Positions 12,038 through 25,658 are shown, numbered from the stretch's first letter. The stretch: DNA of 64,000 nt from Octopus vulgaris (GCA_951406725.2 OX597825.1:7564001-7628000), one strand, 5' to 3'. The notes: generated by a model from the letters alone, not told the origin. Translations and numbers: made by a program.

Positions 12038-12253
12038 TATTATCTCCGCTTTCGCTAAGCGGTGGTATTGTGTTTCAGTTGTGTTTGTTTATATTTTTGT
12101 TTGTCCATGGACAAGATATCTCAAGAACCGCTGGATGGATTCGAACTTTCAGGGATGTTTTCGTGACTGGCACGAACTGATTAGATTTTGGGACCGATCC
12201 GCTACAAGACAAGAATTTTGGATTTTTTTTTTTTTTTTTTTTTGAGAGCGGTT
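12038..12253 (+). mobile_element. Helentron-like (HINE/DINE-type) element, 3'-truncated
   Basis: Homologous to 41591-41969 (tattatctccgc...gtccatggacaagatatctcaagaacc...ctgattagattttg). Confidence 0.65.
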
Positions 12254-12663
12254 CTAGGAAATTGATGCTCTCTTCCAAAACGTGTTAAAATTTTATTATA
12301 GTGAATGTTGTACTCCAGTATGGCCGGAGATCAATTACTGAATTAAAAAAAGGACAGTAAAACAGGTGTAATAAAACAAGACGAACAATTAGTTTCTGTA
12401 TTTTCTAATCGAACGTTAAAACATTTTTCCTATTAAAAAATGGAAAAAAAAACCCCCGAAGGTTTCGTGTGAAATAGCAGGATTAATGTTTTGTCTTGTC
12501 TTTGGATCTCGAAGTACAAACTACTGGAGAACCATTATATTACTGGTACACATTGGGCAATGAAATTTTACATTCCCATAGAAAGACCAGATATTCATTG
12601 GGCGGTGGGGGTGGTGAGGGTCTTTTTCCGATCAGAGTCAACACAAGGCAAAACGACCTCAAC

Positions 12664-12940
12664 GGGCAGATGGCGTAGTGGTTAAGAGCGCGAGCTACTA
12701 ACCCCAAGATTCCGAGTTCGATTCCAGGCAGTGACATGAATAATAATATTAATAATAATATTAACATCGAAAAATACGTTAGGAATGAGAACCCAGGTTC
12801 GAAATTTCCTCAAGACACCTGATGAAGGCTGGAGGGTATATCAGCCGAAACGTTGTGTTAACAACAAACAAGATGAGAACAAATATCCGTCAAATGTAAA
12901 TAATGTACATAATTCCTCATCTCTTAAATATAGAACTGGA
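12664..12940 (+). mobile_element. Composite element: tRNA-like Pol III head, (AAT) linker, hammerhead ribozyme
   Basis: A box TGGCGTAGTGG at 12671-12681, B box GAGTTCGATTCC at 12714-12725, hammerhead at 12815-12858. 3' boundary approximate. Confidence 0.6.
12815..12858 (+). ncRNA. Type I hammerhead ribozyme motif with canonical core
   Basis: acac-CTGATGA-A-ggctg gagggtatat cagcc-GAAA-cg-TT-gtgt: 4-bp stem I, 5-bp stem II, palindromic ACGT stem III. Predicted cleavage after 12854. Confidence 0.75.
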
Positions 12941-13099
12941 CCTCAAATAATACTAAATGGACTCATATTAAGGAGTTCACAAGATTTTTGTTGATGGGGC
13001 CTAGTAAAATCGAACGCCGGGTTTGATTTTGCTACCACAATGGACAAAAGATTTAGAGAAATATGGAACATGACAAAACACTCGATCGTAGAGTGTGAT

Positions 13100-13139
13100 G
13101 CTACAGCTGCAGCTGTTGTCACTGCTGCTACTGCTGTTA

Positions 13140-13183
<44 letters not shown>

Positions 13184-13207
13184 ACTACTATTACTACTAC
13201 CATCACC

Positions 13208-13240
<33 letters not shown>

Positions 13241-13282
13241 ACTGACGATGATTGTGATGATGGTGATGATGATGGTGAAGAA

Positions 13283-13315
<33 letters not shown>

Positions 13316-13345
13316 GGTGGTGCTGACGATGATGATGACGACGAG
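13100..13345. repeat. Compound trinucleotide microsatellite (GCT/ACT/GAT/GGT)
   Basis: Consecutive runs of triplet repeats. Confidence 0.95.
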
Positions 13346-13561
13346 GACAATCATTACAACGAAATTAAAGAATTAAAAAATAATGCAATCAACGAAATTA
13401 TGAATAATAAATTGCAGACAATTCCAGATCATGACGCAAGGAAGTGAAATGGTATCTTATGAATGGCAGAGTACAATAGAGTAAACACACACACACACAC
13501 ACACATACACACATATCTATATATTTAGTAAACACGGTCAGTCAGTACATTCGCACGCATA

Positions 13562-13605
<44 letters not shown>

Positions 13606-14039
13606 CATACATACACGCACACGTTCATATATAATTAGTTTGTTAATTAGTAATGTATCTGTGAGATGACAAAGACGGGGAAACTTGAATGCAAAAACAA
13701 GACAAAAACGAACTCAATAACCGGTTAACACAACGTTTATCGGTTATAGTTCGGTTTGTATCATTTTCCTGTTTAGGGTTCCATATCTTGTTGTGACTTA
13801 AGGGTAACTCTTGAGGGTAATAAAACTGAACGAAGGTTTTATATATCTACAGAGGAATCCAAATCGATTCGACTGTAGAAGCCTTACCGCTCTGATGCTG
13901 TGTTCTCTTCTGACGATTACGCTCAGCAGGGGAACTTGCAGGAATGAAATTGCTCTATGTTTCTCTGTAGATATCACACTACATATATGCGTTTGTGTGT
14001 GTGTGCATATATGAATGTATATGTACACACGTATGCGTA

Positions 14040-14087
<48 letters not shown>

Positions 14088-14089
14088 TG

Positions 14090-14154
<65 letters not shown>

Positions 14155-14168
14155 TTATCTATCTATCT

Positions 14169-14316
14169 AGGGAAAGAATTCACTAAAAAAAACAAAAACA
14201 AAAACAAAAGACGAAGACATGTGTGTAGACAACAAACAGATGCATTAGTTTAACGCTCTGGAAGTGAAAGTGTCTTTAACGTTTCGAAGTGTCTTTAACA
14301 CTCTTCCACAGAAAGG
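14169..14316 (-). mobile_element. Family Y short element with stem II disrupted by a local duplication
   Basis: Homologous to 46273-46457 (gaattcac...aaaagacgaagaca...ctcttccacagaaagg); aagtgtctttaac is duplicated. Confidence 0.65.
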
Positions 14317-14903
14317 TCACAATCTATCTATCTGTCTGTCTGTCTGTCTCTCTCTCTATATATATATATGTATATAAAGCCTTATGCAAATACACGAACA
14401 CACGTACATACACACAAACACACACACACATACTTCAATGCTCTCGTTTACAATCACATCGCTTCTTTTCTTTTCGTTTCTTCTACAGAAATCTCACCTT
14501 GAACTACAAGTTACCATTTCTCTGTAATCAAGGAAAATTACAATCCTGTCAGATATATGCGAGTATAATTTGAATGCAGGCATATACGCGTGAGAAAGAA
14601 GTCCGTATCACAATCATATCTGTTCTATTTCTATCCTTTTACTTAACATTTTCCATTAATGATTTTAAAAAAAATGTTATCCATCAGCCTCTGGACCTAA
14701 ATTCTTTGTTTTGGCCGTCGTAAGTCTGTTTATTTACGCCAGTGATTTCCGAAAGAAGTCCCTGCCGCTTTTAATTCTTCACTAAAATACAAAGACGTCC
14801 CTGTCACTCTCGAAGTTAATAATCCAATGAACCACTGAGCGACTCACTAGAACCCGCCAACTATGTTGTCAATTATTCAAGATTTGCTATACACAAATAA
14901 TAT

Positions 14904-15101
14904 CTTCTTATCTACTTTAGGCATAAGGCCCGAAATTTTTGAGGAGGGAACCAGTCAATTACTGGTACTAAATTTATCGAGCCTGAAAAGATGCAAGGCG
15001 AAGTCGACCTCGGCTGAATTTGGACTCAGAACGTAAAGACAGACGAAATACCGCTAAGCATTTCGCCCGGCGTGCTAACGTTTCTGCCAGCGCGCCACCT
15101 T
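14904..15101 (-). mobile_element. SINE family B monomer, short-tail type
   Basis: Full head plus central domain plus tail ending ...aaatttcgggccttatgcctaaagtaga. Confidence 0.85.
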
Positions 15102-15110
15102 AATAGAATA

Positions 15111-15496
15111 TTCTTTTCTACCTAGGCACAAGGCCCGAAATTTTGGGAGAGGGGACCAATCGATTAGATCGATCCCAGTACGCCACCGGTACATGCAAAA
15201 TGATGAAAGGCAAGGTCGACTTCGGCGGAATTTGAACTCAGAACGTAAAGCCAGACGAAATACCTATTCCTTTACCACCCACGAGGGGCTAAACACAGAG
15301 GGGACAAACAAGGACAGACAGACAGATTAAGTCGATTACATCGACCCCAGTGCGTAACTGGTACTTAATTTATCGACCTCGAAGGATGAAAGGCAAAGTC
15401 GACCTCGGCGGAATTTGATCTCAGAACGTAACGACAGACGAAATACCGCTAGGCGTTTCGCCCTGCGTGCTAAAGATTCTGCTAGCTCGCCACCTT
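15111..15496 (-). mobile_element. SINE family B dimer
   Basis: Full long-tail unit joined to a head-truncated short-tail unit at about 15265. Confidence 0.85.
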
Positions 15497-16102
15497 ATAT
15501 GCAAACAATAACAAATACTCCATTATACTCCGTATATTATAACAACACCCTCTGCAGATGCATAGAGCATAGTGTCTCAGGTAATTCATATCGAGCAATA
15601 TCTGCACTAATACAACGTAACCGAGTGACATATATTAACAGCAGCAGCGGAATGTTTCGACAAATCCAAACAATTCTTTCATCATATAATATTAACGATT
15701 CCGACTTCACCATAATCTGTTTAAATATGATATTTCACTAGCGTTTCACTGGTTTGTTTTATTCAACATGTGTCATCTTCAGAATTTGTAGAAAATGCAT
15801 TTTTAATGAAATAATCACTTTTGCTGAGATCATTATCTTCTTTTTATAAGTGTTGCTCTCTCTTTCGAAACCGAACATTATTCTTTCTTATTCATCGCCA
15901 CCACCGACCTCACCCCTCACGCACCACCAATACAAGCAGCGGCGGCGGCAGCGGCACCGCACCACAGCCACCACCACCACCACCACTTTCTCTTTCGTTA
16001 TCTTACACACACACACGTACTCTATCTCAATCTAGAACTATTTATTTATCACTTTGCACAATACATACATACATATGCAATGCATGTACTACACACACAC
16101 AC

Positions 16103-16147
<45 letters not shown>

Positions 16148-16390
16148 CGCATATATTTATATATTAATGTATCTATATATCTTTATGTTCTATATGTATA
16201 CGTATGTATATACGTATATTACTTTATCTATATATTTATATATACGTATATATAAATATATGTACATACATATGGATATATGTATATATGTATATATATA
16301 TATGGATATATGTATATATGTATATATATAGGCATATATAAATATCTATGTATATATATATATTTATATATGTGTGTATATATACATATG

Positions 16391-16447
<57 letters not shown>

Positions 16448-16454
16448 ATCTATA

Positions 16455-16488
<34 letters not shown>

Positions 16489-16737
16489 ACGGTTTAACCT
16501 TTAAATTACCTACTATCGTATAACAAGGTCTATACATAGCGAGGTAATACACCGGGAGTGCCTACAGATACATCTATCCCTTAGATGGCTGTATAACCTC
16601 TAACTTATAACTTGCTTAACTTTATATATATATTGGTAAAAATGGTAGGATAACAAAAGAAAGAAAGAGACTTCAATATTATGTAAATAAAGGAAATTTA
16701 TCTAACGGTATTTTTTCATAGCGTTTTTCAGATGGCC

Positions 16738-16800
16738 AGATAACCGAAGAGATGGTGTTGTGGATTTCCACTTCGGCATCTGAAACTCAGAGTTTTATCT
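16738..16800 (+). ncRNA. Type I hammerhead-like motif (U4C) with extended stem II
   Basis: agataa-CCGAAGA-gatg...gtgga tt tccac...catc t-GAAA-ctc a gag-TT-ttatct: perfect 6-bp stem I. Lies in a segment of about 200 bp bounded by (TA)n. Confidence 0.6.
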
Positions 16801-16833
16801 TGACTATTGAGTAAATGTAACATATTATATTAT

Positions 16834-16894
<61 letters not shown>

Positions 16895-16975
16895 TTGCAG
16901 TAAGAGAGAAAGAGAGAGCGAGGAAGAAAGTGCGAAAGATGTATAGATAGACACGCAAACATATAATTTCACACA

Positions 16976-17027
<52 letters not shown>

Positions 17028-17689
17028 TACATGCATACGTAATGCCGTTACTACTCCTTTACTCTCACAGTCTGTTTTCCTTCCCTTTTTTCTCTTTTCT
17101 CTCCTTAATCTCTTCATCCTCCCTTCCTCTCTATTTTATGACAAAACCAATCAATTATCGTAAACTACTCCGCTAAGCTTCAACGTTCCATTTCACCTGA
17201 TGAAGGGAGATTTACCTTGCACTAGGTGCCACTTCGTGGACTCTCTCACAACAACAACAAAAAAAAAGAAAACACCGTTTTACTAATTCCGAAATGGTGG
17301 AGATGAAGTGAACAAGTTGATTCGTAGAATTTATCTGATACTGTTATTTAACGGAAAATATTTAATACTAAACTACATATTAACAATAGGCTATATTTTC
17401 TATAAGTCATTATCGATCGATCTGTTATTGAAAGGTGCAGACAGCATCAAAGAGCGGTTCTATTAAAATGAATTGAAACATTCACAAACAAACACACACA
17501 AACACATACACAAACACAAATACAGAGGCACACGCACAACATATACCACACATATACACGCACACATAATTTACGCAGCCACACGTATATACAAACATAC
17601 ATACACTCACAAATACGTGCACGCATATTCACGCGGACAGACCATATATACAAACATACAAACACACACATATATACACACATACATAT

Positions 17690-17755
17690 ATATATCGACA
17701 TATATATATACACACATATATATATACATATATATATATACATATATATACACAC

Positions 17756-17828
<73 letters not shown>

Positions 17829-17924
17829 TATATACATATATTTATATATACATATATATGTATATATATATACATATATATACACACATATATATATATA
17901 TATACACATATATATATATACACA

Positions 17925-17956
<32 letters not shown>

Positions 17957-18003
17957 CATATATATATATAGATAGATATATATAGGTATATATATATATA
18001 TAT

Positions 18004-18070
<67 letters not shown>
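17690..18070. repeat. Long imperfect (TA)n/(CA)n microsatellite
   Basis: Direct observation. One of many similar tracts (for example 23159-23259, 25216-25620, 36620-37100, 37620-37945, 42680-42822, 56750-57010). Confidence 0.95.
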
Positions 18071-18073
<3 letters not shown>

Positions 18074-18415
18074 TCACATATGCTACAAGTGTGTGTATGA
18101 AATGGTGTGCGTATTTTGTGAACATAAACCGTTCGTTAACTGTATAATTAATTTTCTTCGATGTTTGTGAAACGATCACCATATTTTGCACGTAACACAA
18201 TGCTTACAGTACTCTGCGACTAATTGAAAAATAATGTAGCTGAAATGGTAAGCTCGTGGAAAGTCTCTGGAGACACCACTATCACGTTGGAGCATAGTCT
18301 TTGATCACGTGCTCGCACTGACTGGGGATTTAACGCAAAACAACCTTTTTAGCAAGACTAAATATGTGTACATACTGAAGAGATTACGTCATGTGTATGA
18401 CTGTATGTAAATATA

Positions 18416-18634
18416 CGAGGGGGTGCCTGAACATTTCCTGAATTTCGGTAAAAGAAAATACAGGAGGATCAGTTAATTATGATTTTATTTAACATGTCTC
18501 CTTCTTAGATTCAGAATTTTTTTGCAGCACCCTGTTAGGTTTCTTTTAATGCTCTGTAAAATAATTCGGAATACTGGGCCGCCAACCATGTATTTCGCGA
18601 CTTCGATAAAGCCATGAATATTTCAGCATCTCTT

Positions 18635-18636
<2 letters not shown>
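18416..18636. mobile_element. Old Tc1/mariner-type MITE
   Basis: Degenerate TIRs TA|cgagggggtgcctgaacatttcctgaattt and aaagccatgaatatttcagcatctcttcg; TA context. Confidence 0.6.
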
Positions 18637-18669
<33 letters not shown>

Positions 18670-18736
18670 GCACACACACATAGATGCTTAATTTAATTCG
18701 TCCTTAGTCGAAAGACACCTGTTGTTATGTCCTGTG

Positions 18737-18850
18737 TACCGAATCCACTCACAAGACTTTGGTCAGTCCGAGGCTACCGTAGTAGACACTTGTCCAATTT
18801 GCTACGCAAGTTGTGAAACAAGCTTCTTACCACACAGCCACTCATGCACC
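18737..18850 (-). mobile_element. SINE family A 5' fragment
   Basis: atccactcacaagactttggtcag...agacacttg...cttaccacacagccactc matches family A. Confidence 0.7.
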
Positions 18851-18878
18851 CATATATATATATATATATATATACGTA

Positions 18879-19038
18879 TAGCATTTCAAGGCGTGTCGTG
18901 TCCTTTAAATAAATTATATATATGTGTGCGTGTGTGTGTGTGTGTATGTATATATACATATATATATACACATATATGCATATATATATATATATATATA
19001 ATTTATTTAAAGGACACGACACATGTCTTGAAGTGCTA
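18879..19038. repeat. Inverted repeat (about 40-bp arms) enclosing a microsatellite
   Basis: tagcatttcaaggcgtgtcgtgtcctttaaataaatt versus aatttatttaaaggacacgacacatgtcttgaagtgcta. Confidence 0.8.
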
Positions 19039-19087
19039 CTATTAGTTTCATTTGTCGAGAAGTATCTCCAACGTATTCATCAGACAC
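19033..19087 (-). ncRNA. Type I hammerhead ribozyme motif with canonical core
   Basis: Minus strand reads gtgt-CTGATGA-at...gaga tact tctc...at-GAAA-cta a tag-TA-gcac. Confidence 0.65.
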
Positions 19088-19274
19088 AAACCACATATCA
19101 AAATAGGAGCACTTGAATACATGTATTGTGTTCTTTCAGTAAATAACACTTATCTCATATACTTGTATATGTATGCATGTGTGTCTCTGTCTGTATGTGT
19201 GTGTATGTGTCTGGGTCTGGATACGAGTGCGAGTGTACGCATAGGCATGTATACGTACACTTGCACCCGTATCT

Positions 19275-19479
19275 AGGGGCGTAGTCAGGAATTCGATAAA
19301 CGGTGTTGTTTGTCGCTGATTTAAATAAATCCAGCTAACTCGTGAAACCTACAACGTTAAAAAATGAACGTCAGATAAGAATTTTAATTACCTGAAAGTG
19401 CAGGATGTGAGTTTGGGTGGGTGGGGGGAGCACTGTTTCACTGAACATGACGATCTCCCTCCCCCCCACCTGACTACGC
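19275..19479. mobile_element. Small TIR element (MITE, possibly hAT-type)
   Basis: Termini aggggcgtagtcagg and cctgactacgc; no clear TSD. Confidence 0.5.
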
Positions 19480-20333
19480 AAGCGCACTCGTTTATAGGTA
19501 AACGCGCGTATAACCGCAGACATTTGTAAGATGGCGGTAATGTCTGGCAGTTTCATGCTACCGTCATGTCAAAGATTATTAAAAGCCCTTCATCCATTGG
19601 TAGATTATATTGTTTTGGGAAGCAATCGTAAATCACAACTGAGGCCAATATTGAGCAGAAATTTACTCACAACCTCATAGGAGAGCTTGCTAAATGTGTT
19701 TTGTATGCGCTCGAACAAAAACACGACCCTGCTTGTTGATATACATTCATACACTCAGAATATACACAAACATACATCCATGCGTTGGTGTGTGTGTTCG
19801 TGTTTGTGTGTAAACAAGCAATATGATAACGAAGCGTCTACTGCTTGTTCGTTATTTTTAGAAAAGACTTGAAATTCTGTTGACTCTTGATGTCAGGTTT
19901 CTTTCAACAATCAGGAAATAATTTACTTTTAGTGGTGTCTGGTGTCAGTTTTCTTGTAAGGTCTGTTAAGTTGGGTTTTGCAGTATATTTGTATTTTGTT
20001 GTGAATATAGTTTTCATAACTAATCTTCTAATTCTCTTTGTCGTATTCCCATCTGATGTTCCGCCATCTTTGCCGCTAATATTTTCTGGATGAAATAACG
20101 TTTGTAGTGGTTGCTATTAATGTTGTATGATAACCCAAGATCTCTTCGAGTGAAGATGCAAGAGCAAGCTGTAAAAACGAGACTTTAAGTGTTACACTGA
20201 AAGTACGAGTCGTATATCCTAAAAAGCTGACCACGCATCGGGAGTCTAAAGGGAAATACAACCGTGTTTCGTGGTCTGCTACCACAGCAGCGCCTTTATA
20301 GGATCCAGTTAGCTCAAGACATCATCAGGAGGG

Positions 20334-20439
20334 ACCACGTCCGGTTTCGCCCCCTACTTCTCTACCTTTTTGATGTCGTCTACAACCACGTCCGGTTTCG
20401 GCCCTTACTCCTCTACCGTTTTAATGTCGTCTACAACCA
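20334..20439. repeat. 51-bp tandem duplication (two units)
   Basis: accacgtccggtttcg...atgtcgtctaca starts at 20334 and 20385. Confidence 0.9.
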
Positions 20440-20618
20440 GACGGGCCTAAATGGAAATCTACACTTCACGGCCACACAACTTTCATGCTCAGTGTAATAA
20501 AATTATGTTACTAGCAAATACTATTTTCCATTTAATTTTAATTTGTTATTGTCTTATAAAGCGTGTTTCAATAAAACATTTTTGTGCATGTTTCGTCAGT
20601 CGGATAGAGCATAGTATA

Positions 20619-21046
20619 CTCTTTTTCTCTTTTTCTTTTTTTTACTCTTTTTACTTGTTTCAGTCATTTGACTGCGGCCATGCTGGAGCACCGCCTTTAG
20701 TCGAGCAAATCGACCCCGGGACTTATTCTTTGTAAGCCCAGTACTTATTCTATCGGTCTCTTTTGCCGAACCGCTAAGTAACGGGGACGTAAACACACCA
20801 GCATCAGTTGTCAAGCAATGCTAGGGGGACAAGCACAGACACACAAACATATTCACACACACTTATATATATATACATATATACGACGGGCTTCTTTCAG
20901 TTTCCGTCTACCAAATCCACTCACAAGGCATTGGTCGGCCCGGGGCTATAGCAGAAGACACTTGCCCAAGATGCCACGCAGTGGGACTGAACCCGGAACC
21001 ATGTGGTTGGTTAGCAAGCTACTTACCAAACAGCCACTCCTGCGCC
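20619..21046 (-). mobile_element. SINE family A, full length (tRNA-like head, CORE-like motif, internal microsatellite, A-rich tail)
   Basis: Minus strand begins ggcgcaggagtggctgtttggtaag, has B box ggttcagtccc, CORE-like tcttgggcaagtg and tail ggtgctccagcatggccgcagtcaaatgactgaaacaagtaaaa. Confidence 0.85.
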
Positions 21047-21394
21047 TATGTGTATATCCAACATAACAAAGCCACAGAGCGTGCAGCGTTTAGTTTTCAG
21101 TTGTATATGGATATGCTCGCATCCTGCTATATATGAAGGACGCAACCATCTACCATTAGCTCCGCTTTAACGGGAAAGTTGGTGAAACGTCGGATGGGAT
21201 TATGAGAAATCAAATATGAAAAACTGAATAAGAAAACACGAAAACCGATAAAGAAAGATAACAGTTTATACTCCTATAATACATTTCTAAAAGATAAGCT
21301 ATAAACTAACATACACACACACATAGGCACACACCTTCCTATATATATTTGTATGTTTTATGTATTATATATATATACGTATGAATATATGTTC

Positions 21395-21451
<57 letters not shown>

Positions 21452-22750
21452 TATATATTTAAGCCGACACACAATGTCTCGTATTATTAATAGTCAAGAC
21501 CTCGTCAATTGTCTGCGCTATTTTGTCTCCATAATTGCAGCTTGTTAGTGTTTGTATAATTATCCCACCATATTCTCTTCTAAACGTGTTATACAAAAGC
21601 GTACAGAGTCCGTACTCCTGGTAGACAATTTTCTGAATAGTATGAACCATTTGTCTGAAAGCGTTAGTTGAAGCAGCTTCATCTTGTGAATGATTCAACG
21701 AAAATGAAAACCAAACAACATTACAATTATGTCTGATGGAGTGAAGTCTAAATGTCATATGACAACAAATGAAATTTGACCCTTGCTTCAAGCCAGAAGA
21801 TATTTGCCGCAGGCTGCTACCAATGAACTGAAATTGCCATCGCTGATTAACTATTTACGCTGTGGTTGGCCAGGCAAAGAACTAGATTTACTGTTCAACA
21901 TGAAGGGAGATATTATATGTGTATTGATAGCAATAGGTGACATTCGTTTCTAAAAGTATGTTTCAAAAACTTAACCCTTAACGTGGATACATTTAATGAA
22001 AAGTAGATTTTATACGCCACTTTATTGTTAGAGCAGAATATAGACATTTTGGTTTTGGCTTCAAACTACAAAACATTATTTTTTTCTCTGTAAATCTTAT
22101 GGAAAATCGATAGGGAAATGACAGGCTTATGAGCTGATTCTATTTCATTCGTGTTTTCTTCTTTTTTTTGTACGACGAAGAAATAAATTCTGTTTACCTA
22201 ACACAATACCAGAAACAATAACATCATTATGGTAGCTGCACCAACCTATCAAAATATTAAAGAAAAGGGTTGTGGAGGAGACAAGACAAAATATAAGTAT
22301 GAGCAAACACAGCTACAAAAGCTATCACTGGTCTATGTATGTTTAGGGAAAAGTCGGGGGAGGGGTTGGCTTTAGAATGGAAGAAATATCCCAATAGAAG
22401 CAGTACGTGAAATTCTTTCAATTTGTAGTTGAACCGATTTTATCGATTCCCTTCGAAAGGCATGACCATTAAAACCTTCATTCTTCTGCAACATAAAAAT
22501 AATAGTTTCCTTCTCTATTACAGAATCTAATGTTTGTCCTGTTTGGTTGCGGATAATGTTCCAAAATTCAAAGAAACAGGAACAGAAATGTATCGAGCTA
22601 GAATTTCGCTGAAATCTGCAAAATATTTGTGTGTGTGTGTGTGGGGGGGGGGGTGATCATACGTATGTGTCCGTTTGTGTGTGTCTGGATGACGGTGATG
22701 ATGAAGAATCCGCCGACTTAGTAATAGAGTAAATATATATATCATAATGT

Positions 22751-23261
<511 letters not shown>

Positions 23262-23648
23262 TAATACCTAATGTGCAAAACCGTGACAGGAACATCCAAC
23301 GACAACAGTTGTCTGTTCTTCTGGCTTTCACTGCAACGCCACCGAAACGAAATCTAAACAAAGGCTACAAGTCTGAGAGTAAGATTTTGTTTGTGTTCTG
23401 TTTCGTGTTCAACGAAAATCAATTAGACTTGCTAGAGTTGCCGCTTTAATCATGGATGACCCGACCATGAAACATAGGTACATGAATATACATAAATGAA
23501 TAAATAAATACATACATACGTGCATCCATACAAACAAACATACATATGCAAATGCGTACATACGTATCTAACGTTCTTTCAACTCCAGTGAAGGCATGGC
23601 TGAGAACCCGCCTCGTATTGTCGATAAGTTTGAAAGATAACAACAAAG

Positions 23649-23685
<37 letters not shown>

Positions 23686-24163
23686 ATATATATATATAAC
23701 TATTAAAGTTTTATATATATATATCTAAATACGCAAAGCTATTAAAGCTATGACATGCAAAATTGCACACTTACGTGTACAGACATATATATGCATGCAT
23801 GTATGCATACATGCACGCTTGAATAAGTGAGCAGATATGTGCATACACAGACATATATATATATATATATATATATATGCATATATACGCATGCGACAGT
23901 GTGTAGATTTGCTTGCTACTTATCACCTTGTGACGAGGCTATTGGTAAGGAGAAGCAACAGTTATATATTTATGGTTTATAAATCAGTGAAAACTGCAAA
24001 GCTGTCATGCTAGAGATGATAAGATTTCTCGTGACAGCAACCAATTAGCCTTTATTCACTGTCTTCATCTGTTACATATAATCCTGCTTAACTGAACTAA
24101 AATGTTCGTTATTATAGCAGCGAGAAAGCGAGAGAGACAGAGAGATAGAGAGAAACAGAAAGC

Positions 24164-24224
<61 letters not shown>

Positions 24225-24329
24225 CTGAGGTATAAAAGAGCGGAAAGGAAGGAGAAAATGAAATCGAGTCTGATTGAGAAACTGAAAGTGAAAGTTGCAT
24301 ACAAACGCGTGAGTGAGCACACACACACA

Positions 24330-24565
24330 TACACACACATATATACGCACACACACACAGACATATATACGCATACACACACACATATATACGCATACAC
24401 ACACACATATATATACGCATACACACACACACATATATACGCATACACACACACACATATATACGCATACACACACACATATATACGCATACACACACAC
24501 ACATACGCATACACACACACACATACGCATACACACACACATACGCATACACACACAGACATATA
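24330..24565. repeat. Microsatellite-derived minisatellite (about 22-24 bp, ATATATACGCATACACACACAC)
   Basis: Repeated tacgcat units separated by CA runs. Confidence 0.85.
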
Positions 24566-24670
24566 TTCACACAGTGAGGGTGGAGTAAAGACGGACAGAG
24601 AGAAGGGGAGAAATAAGAGAAACGTGGAGAGGTGGAAATCAAGATAAAATTGCTAAATATAAAGAATATA

Positions 24671-24723
<53 letters not shown>

Positions 24724-25066
24724 GTGTGTGAATACGTATACTAAAAGAGAGAGGGGTGGAAGATAAAGAGAGAGAGAGTGTGTGTGTATGAAATATTTCA
24801 AGGCAAGTATTTGAAAATATGGGGGTGGGGCATAAGTCTATGGAATGTTATAAGTCTATGGAAGATAAGATAGGATATATGTGTGTGTGTGTGTGTGTTG
24901 TGTGTACGTATGCACGAATGTATGTGCATGCATGCATGCATGTGTATGAGTGTGTGCGTGCGTGTATGGAGAAGGTTGATTGAAAAGGTCTATATTATTG
25001 TGGTGGTGCTAGTGGAGGCAGAACATGTTAGTTTGTGTGGCAGATGGAGTAGAGTGATGGGGGGAG

Positions 25067-25109
<43 letters not shown>

Positions 25110-25251
25110 GAATAAAGTACGAGTCGCAGTTAGAGGAAGTTGCATTAGCGACACAGAGATTAGCGAGATAAAGAGAGAGCAATGTAGATATGGAGAGAGA
25201 TAAAAGGAGAGTAATATGTGTGTGTATTGTGTTTATATACCTATGTATGTA

Positions 25252-25301
<50 letters not shown>

Positions 25302-25435
25302 GATATATATATATGCATGTATATATATATACATATATATATATGTGAGTATATATATACATATATATATGCATATGTACATATATATACATATATATAT
25401 GCATATGTACATATATACATATATAAATACATATA

Positions 25436-25467
<32 letters not shown>

Positions 25468-25546
25468 CATATATATATACATATATGTATACAGAGATAT
25501 ATAATATATATTTATATACATATACATATATATATACATATATATA

Positions 25547-25604
<58 letters not shown>

Positions 25605-25617
25605 CATATATGTATAT

Positions 25618-25658
<41 letters not shown>

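Noticed and set aside
12664-12735. Functional tRNA gene
   Set aside because: Acceptor, anticodon and T stems do not pair properly and there is no T-run terminator; treated as a SINE-like head.
13040-13447. 135-aa ORF with poly-T/A/D/G runs
   Set aside because: Compound trinucleotide microsatellite that is open in several frames on both strands; no domain or splice support.
17190-17250. cac-CTGATGA-agg...cct hammerhead start
   Set aside because: No GAAA follows the putative stem II.
21146-21197. ccatct-acca...tggt-GAAA-cg-TC-ggatgg hammerhead-like frame
   Set aside because: The CTGANGA core is absent.
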